Assembly: GCA_030390025.1 (NCBI GenBank)
Contig: CM059432.1
Span: 71,548,001 to 71,612,000 of the forward strand
Direction: 5' to 3'
Source of the DNA: Squalus acanthias
Taxonomy: Eukaryota
Length of the DNA stretch: 64,000 nucleotides
Shown: positions 36,781-50,038 of the stretch, in pieces
Position numbering within the stretch: the first letter of the stretch is position 1
How the letters are laid out: the number at the start of each line of letters is the position of its first letter
The notes under the pieces: generated by a model
What the model was told of the DNA's origin: nothing
Databases searched by the model: none
Seen by the model: only the letters and a program-made list of their open reading frames with translations
Translations under genes and position numbers: made by a program

Positions 36781-39019
36781 ATTGTGTCAGTATGTTAGTA
36801 TCCTATTGTATCATTTCAAGGCCAAAGTTACATTTGTTTCTTGTTATGAGATTACTAGAGATTTTTATTATAAATGCTGTTCTGAAACTTCCTTAGGCCA
36901 CAGTGTACCTGTGCCTGTTTCTGATTGAACAGCAACAACTTGTATTTATATAGCACAGAGAAATCCATTAACGGAGAAATCTCCCAAGCTGCTTTGCAGA
37001 AGCGTAATCTGACAACGAAAATAATAATCTGATGAATATCTCTATTCTTTATGGAATTCCAATTGTGTTTTTAAATAATGTTAAGTCTCTCGATCATGCA
37101 TGGCAATGCAAAAAACTGACAAAAACTGACATAGTTTCAAAAAAGCTGATGGACCATAAACAGCCTTAATTATAGGCCTGATGACATTTGGAAAAAAAGG
37201 AATTGGACTAAAGGTGCAGTGGGGGACAGGCTTGTCATAATTTAAGCTGCAGGTTTACTTGACATTCCATGATTTTTAGTACAGAAGAAAAGTGCAGTTA
37301 GCAGCAGTGGTGGATTTAGACCTTATAACAACAAGAGGTGAGTGATGAAGTTGTGAGATTTATTTTCTAAGGGGATTCGGGGGCAGCCCCGGAAAATTTT
37401 GACTTCGACACTTTGGTGTATTTTCTGATATTTTGGAACCTCCTGTAACTTTGCCTTTCAAGCCAACAATAATTTCTGCTGCAAGGGTTACAGATATTTT
37501 AAATATGAAAATAAAGTAGTTGGAGGGACATCAATACAACCTTAAGGATCCTGTAAATCTGACCCCAGATACATCATGATAATTTGTGAACTGAAATATT
37601 TATGATACACACCTACAATAAACCCAAGCAGCAATACATGCTACATGCAGAAAACAACACTGTCGGACAATCTGTTTGTGTCCCCAGGCAGCCCAGAGGA
37701 AGCATTGTGTATCTGAGTTGAGTGAATGCTGCTATTTTAAATAAACGTGTGTTTATTATTAAGTTGGCTTCAGTCAATATCATTGAAACAGGACTGTAGA
37801 ACCAAGTTCTGATAAAGGGTCATACCCAAACATTAACCTGACTTTTCCTCTTTTAGATGCTGATCACCTTGCAGTGCATTTCAAACATTTTATAACACGC
37901 AGCTAGAAAATACTGTTGATGCTAATAATGGATGAATGTTTAACATGCATGTATGGCTCTCCTCTGTTCGCTATTTTAACAGAAAGGGTAACCTATTTTA
38001 AAACAATAGAATCGTGCCCTTTAACAGTAATTTCTGGCCTATATTCTTAAAGGTTTATTTTCTTGTACTGGAAATAAAAACTATTGCACACTACAATCAA
38101 TAATAAAAAAAACCCTAAAATGTACAAAAACATGAATTTCAGAAATGAGATCTGAATTTTGTGCTCTCATATAATTGACTAGCTCCAGTGTGGGGTTTGC
38201 AATCTATTATACTCATATTGATCACTAACGTCACTCCTCACATCTCCCCATTGATGTTGACAATAAAATGGATGCTGTGGCCTGCAACAAAGGGACCTCC
38301 ATCAGGAGCATGTAAACATACTGAAAACTGCAGAACTACAGAACATAACTGGTCTCTACAACTCACAATAAACAGGTTAACTCTCTGCATCAAACATCGC
38401 ATGAGACAGTTGCTGGGCATGCTTTAGAAAGTTGCTTTGAGGAAAATAATATTTTTAAAAGCTGCATTTAGTACCTTGCTTGTTATTCATAACTTCTTCA
38501 GGGACAAACAATGAACGCACCTGCAATTGCAACTCTCAGAAACCATCAGCTGAGCTGAAAATATTTTTGCTTCAAGTTCTTGCACAGCTAACAGTGGGAA
38601 AAACTTCCAGCCGCCATAAACTTGAGCTCATCCAAAACTCTGCTGCCTGTATCCGAACTCGCATCAAGTCCCGTAGACCCATCAACCCTATGCTCACTGA
38701 CCTACATTAGCTCCCGGTCTGGTAATGTCTTAATTTTAAAACGCTCATCCTTGTCTTCAAATCCCTCATGGCCTCGCCCCTCCCTATCTCTGTAACCTCC
38801 TCCAGCCCTACAACCCTCTGCGCTCCTCCAATTCTGACCTCTTGCGCATCCGCGATTTTAATCGCTGCATAATTGACGGCCATGCTGTCAGCTGCCTAGG
38901 CCCTAAGCTCTGGAATTCCCTTCTTTAACTTCTCCGTCTCTCTACCTCTCCTCCTTTAAGACGCTCCTTAAAATCTACCTCTTTGACAAGTTTTTGCTCA
39001 TCAGGCCTAATATCTCCTT

Positions 39020-39204
39020 AAGCAAAAACAGAAAATGCTGGAAATACTCAGCAGGTCAGGCAGCATCTGTGGAGAGAGAAACAGAGTTAACGTTTCAGGC
39101 CGATGACCTTTCATCAGAACAGATGCTGCCTGACCTGCTGAGAATTTCCAGCATTTTTTGTTTTCATTTCAGATTTCCAACATCCGCAGTATTTTGCTTT
39201 TGTA
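39020..39204. mobile_element. Penelope-type inverted terminal-repeat insertion
   Basis: 13-bp TSD CTAATATCTCCTT (39007-39019, 39205-39217). Inverted arms. Confidence 0.85.
39085..39120 (-). ncRNA. Minimal hammerhead ribozyme motif
   Basis: Minus strand: GUU-CUGAUGA-A-AGGUC-AUC-GGCCU-GAAA-CG-UU-AAC. Confidence 0.7.
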
Positions 39205-39539
39205 CTAATATCTCCTTCTATGGCTCGATATCCAATTTTGTTTGATAATGCTCCTGTGAAGTGACTTCGGACATTTTACTACATTAAATGTGCTATATAA
39301 ATGCAAGTTGTTGTTGTTGTGGTTTCTAAAAGCTGTCCGTCCCGACACTCAACGAATCTGGGTGATACTGACAATTCCCAATCCTAATGAAAAAGCTGAC
39401 TTTTCATGTATATCAGACAAGCTGACACATGGTTTAAATAGCTGACACGTGACTTGAATATTCAATGTTTTTTTGAATGAATGTTTGACTTGTAAAGAAG
39501 GAGGGAGTTGACTAGATCACAGTGTTTTCCTAAAGAGTG

Positions 39540-42037
39540 GATTCAGTACTCCTCCATGTTGAACACCACTTGGAAGAAGCACTGAGAGTAGCAAGGGCAC
39601 AGAATGTACTCTGGGTGGGGGACTTCAATGTCCACTACTACTGACCGAGCTGGCCGAAGGACATAGCTGCCAGTCTGGGCCTGCGACAGGTGATGAGAGA
39701 ACTAACACGAGGGGAAAACCTACTTGACCTTGTCCTCACCAATCTACCTGTCGCAGATGCATATGCCATGAGAGTATTGGTAGCAGTAACCACCGCACAG
39801 TCCTTGTGGAGACAAAGTCCCATCTTCACACTGAGGACACCCTTCATCGTGTTGTGTGGCACTACCACCGTGCTAAATGGGGTAGATTCAGAACAGATCT
39901 AGGAGCTCAAAACTGGGCATCTATGAGGCGCTGTGGGCCATCAGCAGCAGCAAAAATGTATTCCACCACAATCTGTAACCTCATGGCCCGGCATATCCCT
40001 CACTCTATCATTACCATCAAGCCAGGGGACCAACCCTGGTTCAATAAGGAGTGTAGAAGAGCATGCCAGGAGCAGCACCAGGCGTACCTAAAAATGAGGT
40101 GCCAACCTGGGGCAGCTGCAACACAGGACTACATGCATGCTAAAAAGTGGAAGCAGCATGCTATAGACAGGGCTAAGCGATCCCACAATCAACGGATCAG
40201 ATCAAAGCTCTGCAGTCCTGCCACATCCAGTCGTGAATGGTGGTGGACCATTAAACAACTAACGGGAGGAGGAGGCTTCATGAATATCCCCATCCTCAAT
40301 GATGGCAGAGCCCAGCATGTGAGTGCAAAAGACAAGGCTGAGCGATTGCAACCATCTTCAGCCAGAAGTGCTGAGTTGATGATCTATATCGACCTCCTCC
40401 TGAGGTCCCCACCATCACAGAAGCCAGTCTTCAGCCAATTCGATTCACTCCACGTGATATCAAGAAACGGCTGAGTGCACTGGATACAGCAAAGGCTATG
40501 GGCCCCGACAACATCCCGGCTGTCGTGCTGAAGACTTGTGCTCCAGAACTAGCCGCGCATCTAGCCAAGCTGTTCTAGTACAGCTACAACACTGGCATCT
40601 ATCCGACAATGTGGAAAATTGCCCAGGTATGTCCTGTCCTCAAAAAGCAGGACAAATCCAATACAGCCAATTACGGCCCCATCAGTCTACTCTCAATCAT
40701 CAGCAAAGTGATGGAAGGTGTCATCGACAGTGCTATCAAGCGGCAGTTACTCACCAATAACCTGCTCACTGATTCCTAGATTGGGTTCCGCCAAGACCAT
40801 TCGGCTCCCGACCTCATTACAGCCTTGGTCCAAACATGGACAACGGAGCTGAATTCCAGAAGTGAGGTGAGAGTGACCGCCCTTGACATCAAGGCAGCAT
40901 TCGACGAGTGTGGCATCAAGGAGCCCTAGTAAAACAGAAGTCAATAAGAATCAGGGGCAAATCTCTCCACTGGCACAAAGGAAGATGGTTGTGGTGGTTG
41001 AAGGTCAATCATCACAGCCCCAGGACATCACTGCAGGAGTTCCTCAGGGCAGTGTCCTAGGCCCAACCATCTTAAGCTGTTTCATCAATGACCTTCCCTC
41101 CAACATAAGGTCAGAAATAGGGATGTTCGCTGATGACTGCAGTGTTCAGTGCCATTCACAACTCCTCAGATAATGAAGCAGTCCATGTCCAGATGCAACA
41201 AGACCTGGACGACGTTCAGGCTTGGGCTGATAAGTGGCAGGTAACATTCGCGCCACAGAAGTGTCAGGCAATGACTATCTCCAACAAGCGAGAGTCTAAC
41301 CACCGCCCCTTGACATTCAACAGCATTACCATCACCGAATCCCCCACCATCAACATCCTGGGGGTCACTATTGACCAGAAACTTAACTGGACCAGCCACA
41401 TAAATACTGTGGCAACAAGAGCAGGTCAGAGGCTAGGTATTCTGCAGCGAGTGTCTCACCTCCTAACTCCCCAAAGCCTTTCCACCATCTACAAGGCACA
41501 AGTAAGGAGTGTGATGGAATACTCTCCACTTGCCTGGATGAGTGCAGCTCCAACAACACTCAAGAAGATCTGCACCATCCAGGACAAAGCAGCCCGCTTG
41601 ATTGACACCCCATCCACCACCTTAAACATTTACTCCCTCCTACACCGGCGTACCGTGGCTGCAGTGTGTACCATCTACAAGATGCACTGCAGCAACTTGC
41701 CAAGGCTTTTTCGGCAGCACCTCCCAAATCCACGACCTCTTCCACCTAGAAGGACAAGGGCAGCAGGCGCATGGGAACACCACCACCTCCAAGTTCCCCT
41801 CCGAGTCACACACCATCCTGACTTGGAAATATATTGCTGATCCTTCATCGTCGCTGGGTGAAAATCCTGTAACTCCCTCTCTAACAGCACTGCGGGAGTA
41901 CCTTCACCACACGGACTGCGGCGGTTGAAGAAGGCGGCTCACCACCACCTTCTCAAGGGTAATTAGGGATAGGCAATAAATTCTGGCCTTGCCAGCGACG
42001 CCCACATCCCATGAATGAATAAATAAAAAATAAAAAA
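39540..42037 (+). mobile_element. APE/RT non-LTR retrotransposon (CR1/L2/Jockey group, distinct from the vertebrate CR1 copies), 5'-truncated and decayed
   Basis: VGDFN and LDLVLTN (APE); GPDNIP, NYx[29 protein letters not shown] and YKAQVRSVMEY (RT). A-rich tail. Frameshifts and stops. Confidence 0.9.
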
Positions 42038-43057
42038 ATCAGTTCTATATTAATGAGCTGCATGTTTCTAAAGATAATACAGAATGGATTTGGGATGAAT
42101 TTGGCAACTCTCTATTTGATTCTTTAAATCTACAAAAATAACTTGAAAGCAAAATAATTTTACCGGCTTTTAATCTGACATTCACTGTAGCTGTGGATTC
42201 TGAGTATAGCTGTGAAAACGTTGTTATTTCTATGTCTCAAGAACTAATTACAAAAGTGTCCCCTTTTCTGTTCAATGTACCTTTTATTATGATGTCCTGA
42301 AATACAACAAAATGTATTCTTATATTACTTAATACTTTCAAACTTCTGACAGCAGTGTTTAAATGTTAGCTGCAGATCTGTATTAATACAACTGTATTAA
42401 GATTAACACAAATGGACTTTCTCATTTCTGTTATGCTGTTAAAATGCCATCTGGTGTCAGCAGTTTATTATTTGTGTGTTGTAACAAGGATTCATTTTGA
42501 TTTACCTCTGATTTTATTGAGACTCAAAGGTTTTTTTTTAAGATCCATGTTGCAGTCTCTTGTCAGTATTTATTCAAAACCTCATCCTTTGGAATTAGTG
42601 GGATTTGAGATTTGTTTTCAGAAACAGTTTACAACCTTGTTCCTCTGTAATAGCCTAGTGTTATCCTGCCACCATTTTAGAAGCATTTTGTCCTCCTGTT
42701 CTATAAAACCCTGTCATTAATTATAATCAATGAAATATTTGTTAAAATGGTCAATTTTAAATTTACTCATGGTGTTGTGTTACACAGCCCCCCCAAAAAT
42801 CCTCAAGCTGCAATCCCAGCATTTATATCGGGATCACACAAGCTGGTGCCCTCCAGTACTGACCCTGGCAGAGTATGCAGGGTCAATGGGATGGCTCCTC
42901 TTTTGAATGGGGCCGACAGGTGGGTGGGCACATCTCAGATGCCCACCAGCCCCACACTGCTGCAAACTCTGGCTCACAGTCGGGTGGGGTTGGGGTGGGG
43001 TGGGGAGAGGCGCTCTGTCACCCCAGGAAAAAAACTTTTTGTGCCGCCTTACATTAT

Positions 43058-43842
43058 GGGTTGGATTTTCATTGACCCGTGGAGGTGGGTTTGGAGGCGT
43101 GTGGGAGGTTAAAATTGCGAAAACTGGCAGGCGGGCACAAGCCCGCCTCCATCCGCCTCCACGCAATTTTCATTAAATCGTGTCTGCTGGTCCCGACTCC
43201 GTCCCGCCTTTAAGAGGTGGGATAGGCTGTTAAGGCCCTTAACAAGCACTAAATTGCCTCTATAATGCCATTTTGAAAGGCCTTTGTGATTTTAATCCTT
43301 TTTCTACGTGAAGCACGCCTGTTCTGAACCACGAATGTGAAACCTGGCGGGAGCACATTTGGCTGGCTGACATTTGGCTGGCTGGCTGACATTTGGCTGA
43401 CTGGCTGGCTGGCTGATCGATCTGGGAGTGGTGATGGATGGATGGATGACATATCTGGGAGTGGTGGTGGATGGGAGACATATCTGGGAGTGGTGGTGCA
43501 AAAATATCTGGGAGCAGACTTAGGGCTGCTGCTGCTCATTTTGCATCCAGGTCCTCTCACAGCAAAGGCCAGGCAGTCTCTGAAGACCTTCAATGCAGCA
43601 GCAATGATGACATCATCAGAGGTGACTTTCAGACTGAAAACACTAATTGTGTCATGGCTTCCCACATGCTGGAACTCAATTGCCCAATTAGGTGAAAATC
43701 GCATCAATCTCCCACATCCAATTGCAGTCGGGTGGATAACACGAAAAGTGGATGACACGACCCCAACCTGCCCCAGTATCAAAATCCAGCCCGAAAAGTG
43801 GATAACACGACCCCAACCCGCCCCAGTATCAAAATCCAGCCC
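43058..43842. mobile_element. Harbinger-type MITE with duplicated right end
   Basis: GGGTTGGATTTT ... AAAATCCAGCCC. 50-bp tandem duplication 43743-43792 / 43793-43842. Internal (TGGC)n and ATATCTGGGAGTGGTG repeats. Confidence 0.7.
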
Positions 43843-44224
43843 TGAGTGTCCAGGCTGCTTCCCTGGTCTGGATTCCACCAGTGAGGGCCACTTGCATCCT
43901 TCTGGAGGCTGGTGTGTCTCATTTAACTCAGCATGCCAGTCTCCAAACTGATTCAATTAGGGCCAAGGAAGCAGGAATTCCCAGCGTAGTGAGTCCTTGC
44001 CCTCTCCGCATCAATGGCCTTGTTTGGGGCAGTCGTTGGCTCCAGCCCAAAACAAGGCCACTGTAAACTCCTGTTTAAAGCTGGGACGTGGTAAAGTTTC
44101 TGGCCATTCTGTCGGAGTAGTTACAGAAGGCGGCCAGCGGAACAGCCGAGTAACTTCAGCCCTATATTCATTCTTGTGCTGGATTTGACAAGATTGAATT
44201 TAAGTAAGCTGCCAAACTAAAAGC

Positions 44225-44600
44225 TGCCTCAGTGGGTCAGTTAGTAAATGCACAGCCCATGGTAGAACTGAGCCATAGTAACAAAGGTCTTAGTCTTCCC
44301 AGTTGTGCTGAGTTAGCTAATCACATCTGGGGTGGCAGTAAAAGTGCTAAACTTGGGCCTCAGTGGCCCCAGCCTAGGGGGGAGAAAAATTATCAAAGGA
44401 CCCTACTCCTGATAACTATATAGTGTGCATGAATGGAATTCAGGTGTGGCCTGGCTATGATGTCCGCCATGATAAAATAGCCTGCCATCACTAATGGCTA
44501 CTTAACTGAGGCACCAGAGGGTGACCAATAGCCATGCAACTATACTCCAGTTTCAGTCAGGAGAGGAAGGCAGAAAAGTTGAGGGAGGGGAAAAAAAATA
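44225..44600 (+). mobile_element. AmnSINE2-like tRNA-derived SINE, decayed
   Basis: TGTGCTGAGTTAGCT...GGCCTCAGTGGCCCCAGCCTAGGGG...CTCCTGAT...AAATAGCCTGCC. Name is from recalled consensus. Confidence 0.5.
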
Positions 44601-45338
44601 AAAGAAAGGTCAAACCACATGCTCCACGTGTACTATGCATTAGTGTACCAGTATGTTGTGTGACCCAGTGGTAGGACATTGGCTGTACTCCCAGTTCCTT
44701 ACACAGCAAATGTCTGATCTCTGCTGGGCTGCGTGGACCAGGCACTAAGTAGTGGCAAGCTACTTCCCCAGAAATCAGGAAGGAACATCATGTACCTTCT
44801 ATTGATGAGTTGAGAATGAAAAAATTAATGAGCTGTTCATAAGATGAATACGTCAGTGGTTAGGCTGAAAGATTGGAAAAACATGTATCTAATTGTTAGA
44901 TACCTAAATAAGAATTGATTGATTTACATATGCTTACTAGATATACGTATTCTTAATATTTGACCCTTAACAAACTTGAAAAGGAATTAATATTGATGAA
45001 AGGAAATGATAAATCAATAAAACTACATCTTCCCTTTTTTATCTTAAAGATTAACACATTCTTGTGTAATTTAAATGTAATTGAATTTTATATTGAATAT
45101 ATTTCACTGGTTTTCTCCATATTAGCTTATCTTACTGTTGTGGCAGTTTTGTGCAAGACAAATCCCATAGCCATGCAGGCTGGAAATAAAATGTAAGAGA
45201 AAGAGGTGCTAGTGCCTTTCAAAGTGACACTTTATTCGTGAAAGAGTTTTTGACAAAACTTCCCCCCCACCCCTAACAAATTGAGAAGAGCCAAAAGATT
45301 ATCTACCATCTAGGGTCCCTTCCATCTTTAAAGAACAC

Positions 45339-47466
45339 GGGGGAGAAATTCCCTACCTTATCGCCACCTGGTTGAGCTGCTATCCTGGCGAAAAATGGCG
45401 GTCGCCACTCTAATGCCTTTCTCTGACGTGGGACTCGGCGGCCGCCATTTTGGTGAGGGCCTTAGCGGTGCCGATAGCAGCGCTGGCCCTGGAGATGTAA
45501 ATGGGGAGAACATAAGAACATAAGAAATAAGAGCAGGAGTAGGCCATACGGCCCCTTGAGCCTGCTCCACCATTCAATAAGATCATGGCTGATCATCGAC
45601 CTCAACTCCGCTTTCCTGCCTGATCTCCATATCCCATGATTCCCCTACAGACCAAAAATCTATTTATCTCAGCCTTGAATATACTCAAAGACTCAGCATT
45701 CACAGCCTTCTGGGGCAGAGAATTCCAAAGATTCACAACCATCTGAGTGAAGAAATTCCTCCTCATCTTAGTCTTAAATGGCCTACCCCTTATCTTGAGA
45801 CTATGCCCCCTAGTTCTAGACACTTCAGCCAGGGGAAACAACCTCTCAGCATCTACCCTGTCAATCCCCTTCAGAATCTTGTATGTTTCAATGAGATCAC
45901 CTCTTATTCTTCTAAACTCCAGAGAGTATAGGGGAGAGCATGACATCAGTCAGCGAGCAACACCAACTTAACGTCATGCTCTGCGAACTTCGACCTTAGC
46001 GTTGAGTTTAGCGCTGGGTCCTAAGCTCGCTCTGAAAAGCCAACGTTCAGCAGACTGACAGAGACATTGTCAGCACTTCTTAAAGGGACACACACACACA
46101 TCCTTCAGGTGAGTTTGCATTTAAGCTTTTGGACTGGATTTTTTTTTATTTTATTGAAGTAGTGGCTTGGTGCAATACAGGTTAAAAGTTTTTTAGGTGT
46201 GCAGGGAGTGCTGCTGGATGCTTGCACGTCAGGCAGCATCTATGGAGAGAGAAACAGAGCTCACGTGCTGCCTGATGTGCTGAGTATTGCCAACATTTTC
46301 TGCTTTTATTTCAGATTTAGAGCTTCCGCTCACAGAGGGAAGAGAAAGACACAGAAGAGCAGGAAGCAGAAGAGGAGGAGGCAGAAGAGGAGAAAGCAGA
46401 AGGAGGGATGCATCCCAGACAGCCCCTTTCTGGCCGGGATATCCGGGATGGAATCATCCGCCTGCGGTACCGGTGACCAAAACCCCAATTCCCCTTTCAG
46501 CATTAGTCCTGCACCTTACCTGCCCTCTGTTACTGACCATCACAGCCTCCTCTTCGCAACAATGTTGAAATAAAAGCCACCATAAAGCAAACTTTCCAGC
46601 TAGGAATGGGAGGTGTGCCTCATGTTTGGTACAGTTTGGTAGGTGAGTGATTGGGCGATGGGGGGGGTGGGGGGGGGGCGGGGGTGGGGGGCAGTTGGTG
46701 TCGCGCATTGAGCAGTGTGTGAGGCTAGTGGTGCAGTTAGTAGGAGACGGCTTTTGAAGATGCATTCACTGTATTTGACCACTGGTCTGAGGTCATGAAG
46801 CTTCTTTGGGCACTGAACCAGGTTGTGGGGGTGACACTGCTGGCAGTAACGGCCTCGATGATCTGGTCCCACATCCTTCTTTCTGGAGGGCCTCCTGGCC
46901 CCTGTGGGTAGAGGACCTCTCTTCCAGTGTTGACCCCCTGCACAAAGCTGGAGTGCTGCGTGCGAGACGCTGAGTGCCTCTTCCCTGGCTTGTTGAGCCA
47001 TTTGTGATAGTGCTGAAGCACTTTTCCCATTTTTTTTAGGTGCGGAAGGCAATGCAGCTTTAAGAGCTGAAGACTCCCATTTGGGAATTCTTTTTAATGT
47101 TAATTATTTTTCAGAAGGCAGTTGAGCTGTAAGGGCTAAAAACTGTATATTTTTACATCATTTTTATTTTTTTTAATTTCGGAAGGCATTTCCCCTTTAA
47201 GAGAATGAACTGCTTTCTGAAAGGACAGCCTTGCTTTAAGAGAAGACTGTTCTTGCTGCAGTGATGCTATGGCCATGCTACATTGGGGCCTCCTGCCAGG
47301 ACGAACGCCACCAGAATAGCGTTGCACTGTAAGTTTAGCACTGGGCTAATGTTAATTAGCCACCAGCGGCAATTTACCGGTCCTGCCAGCGCCACCATTT
47401 TCAGCAGCAGGTAACAGCAGCCCACGGTGGCACCAGCAGGTTTTATCGATATCAAATTTCTAGGCC
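45339..47466 (-). mobile_element. Family-B Harbinger derivative (reverse orientation)
   Basis: GGGGGAGAAATTCCC ... AAATTTCTAGGCC. Myb remnant RRPPERRMWDQIIEAVTA on the - strand. Confidence 0.8.
45510..45930 (-). mobile_element. CR1 3' fragment nested in family-B element
   Basis: LYSLEFRRIRGDLIETYKI. (TTCTTATG)-type tail. GGGGAGA flanks both sides. Confidence 0.9.
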
Positions 47467-47883
47467 TATACATCTTCAACATATTGCAGGAATGCGGCCT
47501 CACTTGATATGTTCTGTGAAAACCATGTGCTGAATGCATACATAACAATTTTCCTCATGATGGTACAATTGAGTAGTGATGGTACATGTAAAGGCCGGTG
47601 TTATGAATGGGAGTTCCTGGTGGGGAGCCTCAGCAGTTGGGAGTATATATTTGAAAATCAGCCTTGTGGTCTTCTACTCCCCTGTTGTATAAAGCCCAGG
47701 ACCTGCAATGTTGCGTCTGTTCCTTTTGACTTGAAGATACTAAGTAAATAAGTAACACTAGCCTCCCCAAAACTATACATAAACATGATAGCAAAATACT
47801 GCGGATGCTGGAAATCCAAAATAACAACAGAAAACGCTGGAAAAACTCAGCAGGCCAGGCAGCCTCCGTGGAGAGAGAAACAG

Positions 47884-47920
47884 AGTTAACGTTTCAGGTC
47901 GAAGACCCTTCGTCAGAACT
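47884..47920 (-). ncRNA. Minimal hammerhead ribozyme motif
   Basis: Reverse complement of 48299-48335. Confidence 0.75.
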
Positions 47921-48298
47921 GGAAAAAAGCAGGAAATGAAATAGATTTAAAGCAAGTATAATGCTGGGAAAAGGGGGAGGGGATGAAAGAACAAAAGGGA
48001 AGGTCAGTGGTAGTATAGAAAGCAAGAGAGATTAAGAGACATTGAGAGATATTAAAATTCTTCCCTCCCTGAAGCTGCCAGCTGTCCTTCATTCCGCCAG
48101 CGCATTTCAAACTTCATCTAGCCTCAACCTGTTACATTACCACCTCCTCTTGTCTTGAATATCTCTTAATGTCTCTCAATGTCTCTTAATCTCTCCTGCC
48201 TTCTATACTACCACTAACCTTCCCTTTTGTTCTTTCATCCCCTCCCTTTTCCCAGCATTATACTTGCTTTAAATCTATTTCATTTCCTGCTTTTTTCC

Positions 48299-48335
48299 AG
48301 TTCTGACGAAGGGTCTTCGACCTGAAACGTTAACT
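48299..48335 (+). ncRNA. Minimal hammerhead ribozyme motif
   Basis: AGUU-CUGACGA-A-GGGUC-UUC-GACCU-GAAA-CG-UU-AACU: conserved boxes, stem II, stem I AGUU/AACU, palindromic ACGU loop 3. Confidence 0.75.
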
Positions 48336-49147
48336 CTGTTTCTCTCTCCACGGATGCTGCCTGGCCTGCTGAGTTTTTCCAGCGTTTTCTGTTGTTATTA
48401 TACATAAACATGGATTGAACTAGAATTTACATCAATGTCAAACAGGCACTGAAGATGCTACAGAATATTTGAAACATCACATGTGATAGGAGAAATTAAC
48501 TTAGTAGAATGCCATTACACAAACTTTTTCATTTTTCATTATTAGCACTGTAAGTGAATCCTGCAGGTCAATGATTTAACAGTTGTTAACAAGCCATTAA
48601 CTTGAACATCTCCAAGGCAGACACAATAATTTATCCCTTTTCCAAACTGTGACAGGAGGTCTCTCTTGTGAGGCAGTGGGATCCTATCGCTACTCATTGT
48701 CACGATGCTTGAGAAGCATGGTTTGTGAGCCAATAAAGGGTTTTGCTCTTATCTTTTGAACGATTAGTGAGATCACAGAAAATGGAGGTGACACATATTG
48801 AAATTTTAATTTCCAGGAATAGGAGAGACAGTCAAGTTTCCAAGCTGATGTGACCTTTGTTCTCAAGAAGAAACACAAAAGCTAGTGGTTGTAATAAGGA
48901 GAGGGATGGAACAGGGCACTACCGGGATGTATCAACTCCTAAAATGATCCCTGCAGATGGGCTTTGCATTGTATCAGGGACACATCTGTTACCATAGTCA
49001 ACATTAGGGGAGGCTGCTGTCAAAATTGTGTTGTCCCTTGTGACCACCCATGTGAGATCCAGGGCTAAGTCCTGGTTGAGAAAGGGAGACTGTTCAGGGA
49101 ACCACTGGCTGAGAAGATTCATCCTAAGTGGTCTCACGACAAATTTT

Positions 49148-50038
49148 GGGGGAAAAATGTGGTTGCTTTGTGCCTCACGTTAGCGCCCTGAGAGGACGCT
49201 AATGAGGTGCAAAGCAACTAGCGCCCGGGCGCGACGATGTTTGCGCCGCTCACAAAATTGACCAGACATTTTGCAGCGGCGCTAAACACTACCGCCATGA
49301 TCTCCTGCGCCCGCAGATCGTGACGTCAGTCGAGCGTGCAATGCCCCGGTAGTGCCCTGAACCGGATATTGAGTGGCACCCCCTGCCTTACTGCCTGCCG
49401 CTAGCAATGACAGGTTGAGGGGAACGTTTTGCAGTCAGGAAGGGACTGGGGGAGCGCTATTTAAAGGCGGCCGCTTCCTGTCTTTTTTTGTCAGTGACAT
49501 TTTTGCACCACGCATTCTGAGAGAGAGAGAGAGACTTCTGGAGAGATTCAATGCTGTGTGAAGGAGTTTTGGGTACTGAGCAGCTCTTTGCAGGTTCATT
49601 TTGATTTGACCTTCCTTGCATCGATTTAGAAGAGACTTTGGGGGCTGCACTCTGAGCTCTTTCCCTGGGCCTCTACATTGTTCTTTCCAGCAGACTTGAT
49701 GTACAGGTCACTCCAGGCCGAGATTCAAGGCTGCAATGAGCAGGGTGTGGATGGAGAGCAAGATCGACCCTCCCCTTTAAGAACTGGCCGGCGTCATTGT
49801 GTCTGTGTTCCATTGCTGACTGACATTACATGAGCTTCGCCAGCGCTCTGAGGTAGCGCCTCGCTCCTCGGCGTTAGCGCCTTAAGAGAGGTGTGTAGCA
49901 CCTGATTTAGCGCTCCAATCACCTCCAGGGGCGATAGAAGCCAAGTCTGCAGTCGGAGGTGATAATTAGCGCCAGGCGCTAAACTTTGCGCCCGGCCGAT
50001 AATTGCGCCCCAAATGGGGTGATACCGAATTTCTCCCC
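49148..50038 (+). mobile_element. Harbinger MITE (same deletion junction as 4625-5517)
   Basis: GGGGGAAAAAT ... AATTTCTCCCC, flanked by TTT on both sides. Termini match 53255-57867. Junction GCTGCACT|CTGAGC at ~49651. Confidence 0.9.

Larger units (their letters stand above)
38600..39320 (+). mobile_element. L2-type LINE 3' end with nested Penelope hairpin
   Basis: KLELIQNSAA, LTDLH and KLWNSL motifs, (GTT)n tail. Confidence 0.85.
47788..48398. mobile_element. Penelope-type insertion made of two inverted terminal repeats (~240-bp arms)
   Basis: 14-bp TSD TATACATAAACATG (47774-47787, 48399-48412). 47820-48056 is the reverse complement of ~48160-48399. Confidence 0.9.

Noticed and set aside
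37305-37568. Possible old DNA transposon (CAGTGGTGGATTTA ... TAAATCTGACCCCAG)
   Set aside because: TIRs too degenerate and no TSD found.
37805-37895. Functional hammerhead ribozyme
   Set aside because: Core boxes are mutated (CTGATAA, CAAA); this is only a decayed Penelope repeat remnant.
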